Translations under genes and position numbers: made by a program
In this document: piece by piece, positions 5,631 through 6,476 of the stretch
Layout: every line of letters starts with the position of its first letter
Numbering within the stretch: the stretch's first letter is position 1
IMG/VR virus record: IMGVR_UViG_2663763280_000003
Location: 1 to 6,476 of that record
DNA: 6,476 nt
From: a virus
Taxonomy: Duplodnaviria > Heunggongvirae > Uroviricota > Caudoviricetes
Reading direction: 5' to 3' (one strand)
Notes under the pieces: model-generated
The model's input: the letters and a program-made list of their open reading frames with translations, nothing else
Database searches by the model: none
What the model was told of the DNA's origin: nothing

Positions 5631-5682
5631 ACGCCGTTTATTACGTGCTGTCGATGGAGAAGGGCACCAAGTGTTGGGTAAC

Positions 5683-5884
5683 GGTTCGCGTCCCGATGCC
5701 GTTGCTGCAACACAGCAGGGCGTTTTTAGTTTCCTCACCAAGCCTGTCGACAAAGACGCGCTATATCAGGCAATTGACGATGCGCTGGAGCAATCCGCGC
5801 CAGCCACCGATGAACGCTGGCGCGAGGCAATTGTCACCCGCAGCCCGCTGATGCTGCGTTTGCTGGAACAGGCGCGGCTGGTGC
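5683..5884 (+). pseudogene. glrR: internal fragment of the sigma54-dependent response regulator GlrR (YfhA/QseF)
   Basis: Encodes …PDAVAATQQGVFSFLTKPVDKDALYQAIDDALEQSAPATDERWREAIVTRSPLMLRLLEQARLV, matching the GlrR receiver/linker region as I recall it. Identity is lost abruptly at ~5884. Confidence 0.7.
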
Positions 5885-6064
5885 TTCCGCCAGGTCGATA
5901 CCGGTGTAATGACCATAACCGAATTTACCCATCCATTCGGAGAGGCGATCGATCCCCATATCGTAGGCCACCTGATAGAAGAAGGTATCCGCAGATTCTT
6001 CCAGCGATCTTGTGACATTCAGACGCCCGTGGCCCCATTTTTTCCAGTCACGATAACGTTTTTC
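5885..6064 (-). pseudogene. mrdA: internal fragment of penicillin-binding protein 2 (MrdA)
   Basis: The minus strand encodes …[60 protein letters not shown], matching PBP2. Abuts the glrR fragment on one side and the gad fragment on the other. Confidence 0.7.
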
Positions 6065-6065
6065 C

Positions 6066-6224
6066 AAAGTACAGAACGCCTCTTACCAGGTTGCCGCTTA
6101 TCTGGCGGATGAAATCGCCAAACTGGGGCCGTATGAGTTCATCTGTACGGGTCGCCCGGACGAAGGCATCCCGGCGGTTTGCTTCAAACTGAAAGATGGT
6201 GAAGATCCGGGATACACCCTGTAC
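6066..6224 (+). pseudogene. gadB: internal fragment of glutamate decarboxylase (gadA/gadB; the paralogues are indistinguishable here)
   Basis: Encodes [53 protein letters not shown], matching the Gad C-terminal region. Identity is lost at 6225. Confidence 0.7.
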
Positions 6225-6226
6225 TT

Positions 6227-6367
6227 GTTTATGACATGCCTGGCACGACGCGTGACAGTATCTACATTCCAATGGAACGCGATGGACGTGAGTATGTGCT
6301 CATTGATACCGCTGGCGTACGTAAACGCGGCAAAATCACCGATGCTGTAGAGAAATTCTCCGTAATC
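6227..6367 (+). pseudogene. der: internal fragment of the GTPase Der (EngA)
   Basis: Encodes [47 protein letters not shown], matching a Der GTPase domain. It is in a different frame from the preceding gad fragment. Confidence 0.7.
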
Positions 6368-6376
6368 AGGTGAATA

Positions 6377-6388
6377 GATCGGAAGAGA
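6377..6388 (+). other. AGATCGGAAGAG, identical to the first 12 nt of Illumina TruSeq adapters, at a fragment junction
   Basis: Exact 12-mer lying between the der and envZ fragments. Only 12 nt match, so a chance occurrence cannot be excluded, but the context supports read-derived chimerism. Confidence 0.35.
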
Positions 6389-6389
6389 A

Positions 6390-6476
6390 AGTTCATTTGC
6401 CCGTACGTTATTGCTCATCGTCACCTTGCTGTTCTCCAGCCTGGTGACAACTTATCTGGTGGTGCTGAACTTCGCG
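6390..6476 (+). pseudogene. envZ: 5'-proximal fragment of the osmosensor histidine kinase EnvZ (N-terminal transmembrane segment)
   Basis: Encodes SSFARTLLLIVTLLFSSLVTTYLVVLNFA, matching the EnvZ N-terminus (…SFARTLLLIVTLLFASLVTTYLVVLNFA…). No start codon or promoter context is present. Confidence 0.7.

Noticed and set aside
5533-6015. 160-aa + strand ORF
   Set aside because: Only its central part matches GlrR; the N-terminal and C-terminal parts read through fragment junctions into unrelated sequence (the antisense of the mrdA fragment). It is an artefactual fusion ORF.

Overview
The window appears to be a composite of three parts. (1) Positions 1-4285 are a coherent, co-directional (+ strand) lambdoid-prophage early/nin-like module with overlapping stop/start codons: a replication initiator (HTH N-terminus, iteron-encoding repeat linker, DnaT-like C-terminus), a small protein, an orphan phage-type Dam N6-adenine methyltransferase, a LexA DNA-binding-domain-only protein, a RusA resolvase, a KilA-N domain protein, and a further ORF cut off at a run of N bases. 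(2) Positions 4286-5224 are chromosomal E. coli-like sequence: the first ~20 codons of gltX (minus strand), the divergent stable-RNA promoter, then tRNA-Val(UAC) x3 and tRNA-Lys(UUU) (valU-valX-valY-lysV arrangement), a terminator, and a 61-bp duplicate of the tRNA-Lys 3' end plus terminator. (3) Positions ~5225-6476 are a mosaic of short internal fragments of unrelated housekeeping genes (glrR, mrdA, gadA/B, der, envZ) abutting without intergenic sequence, with an Illumina-adapter-like 12-mer at one junction; this most likely reflects a chimeric assembly rather than biology. The most biologically interesting content is the tightly coupled Dam / LexA-DBD-only / RusA cassette and the iteron array inside the replication gene. 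All gene identifications are from my own reading and recall of protein sequences; no database search was run.
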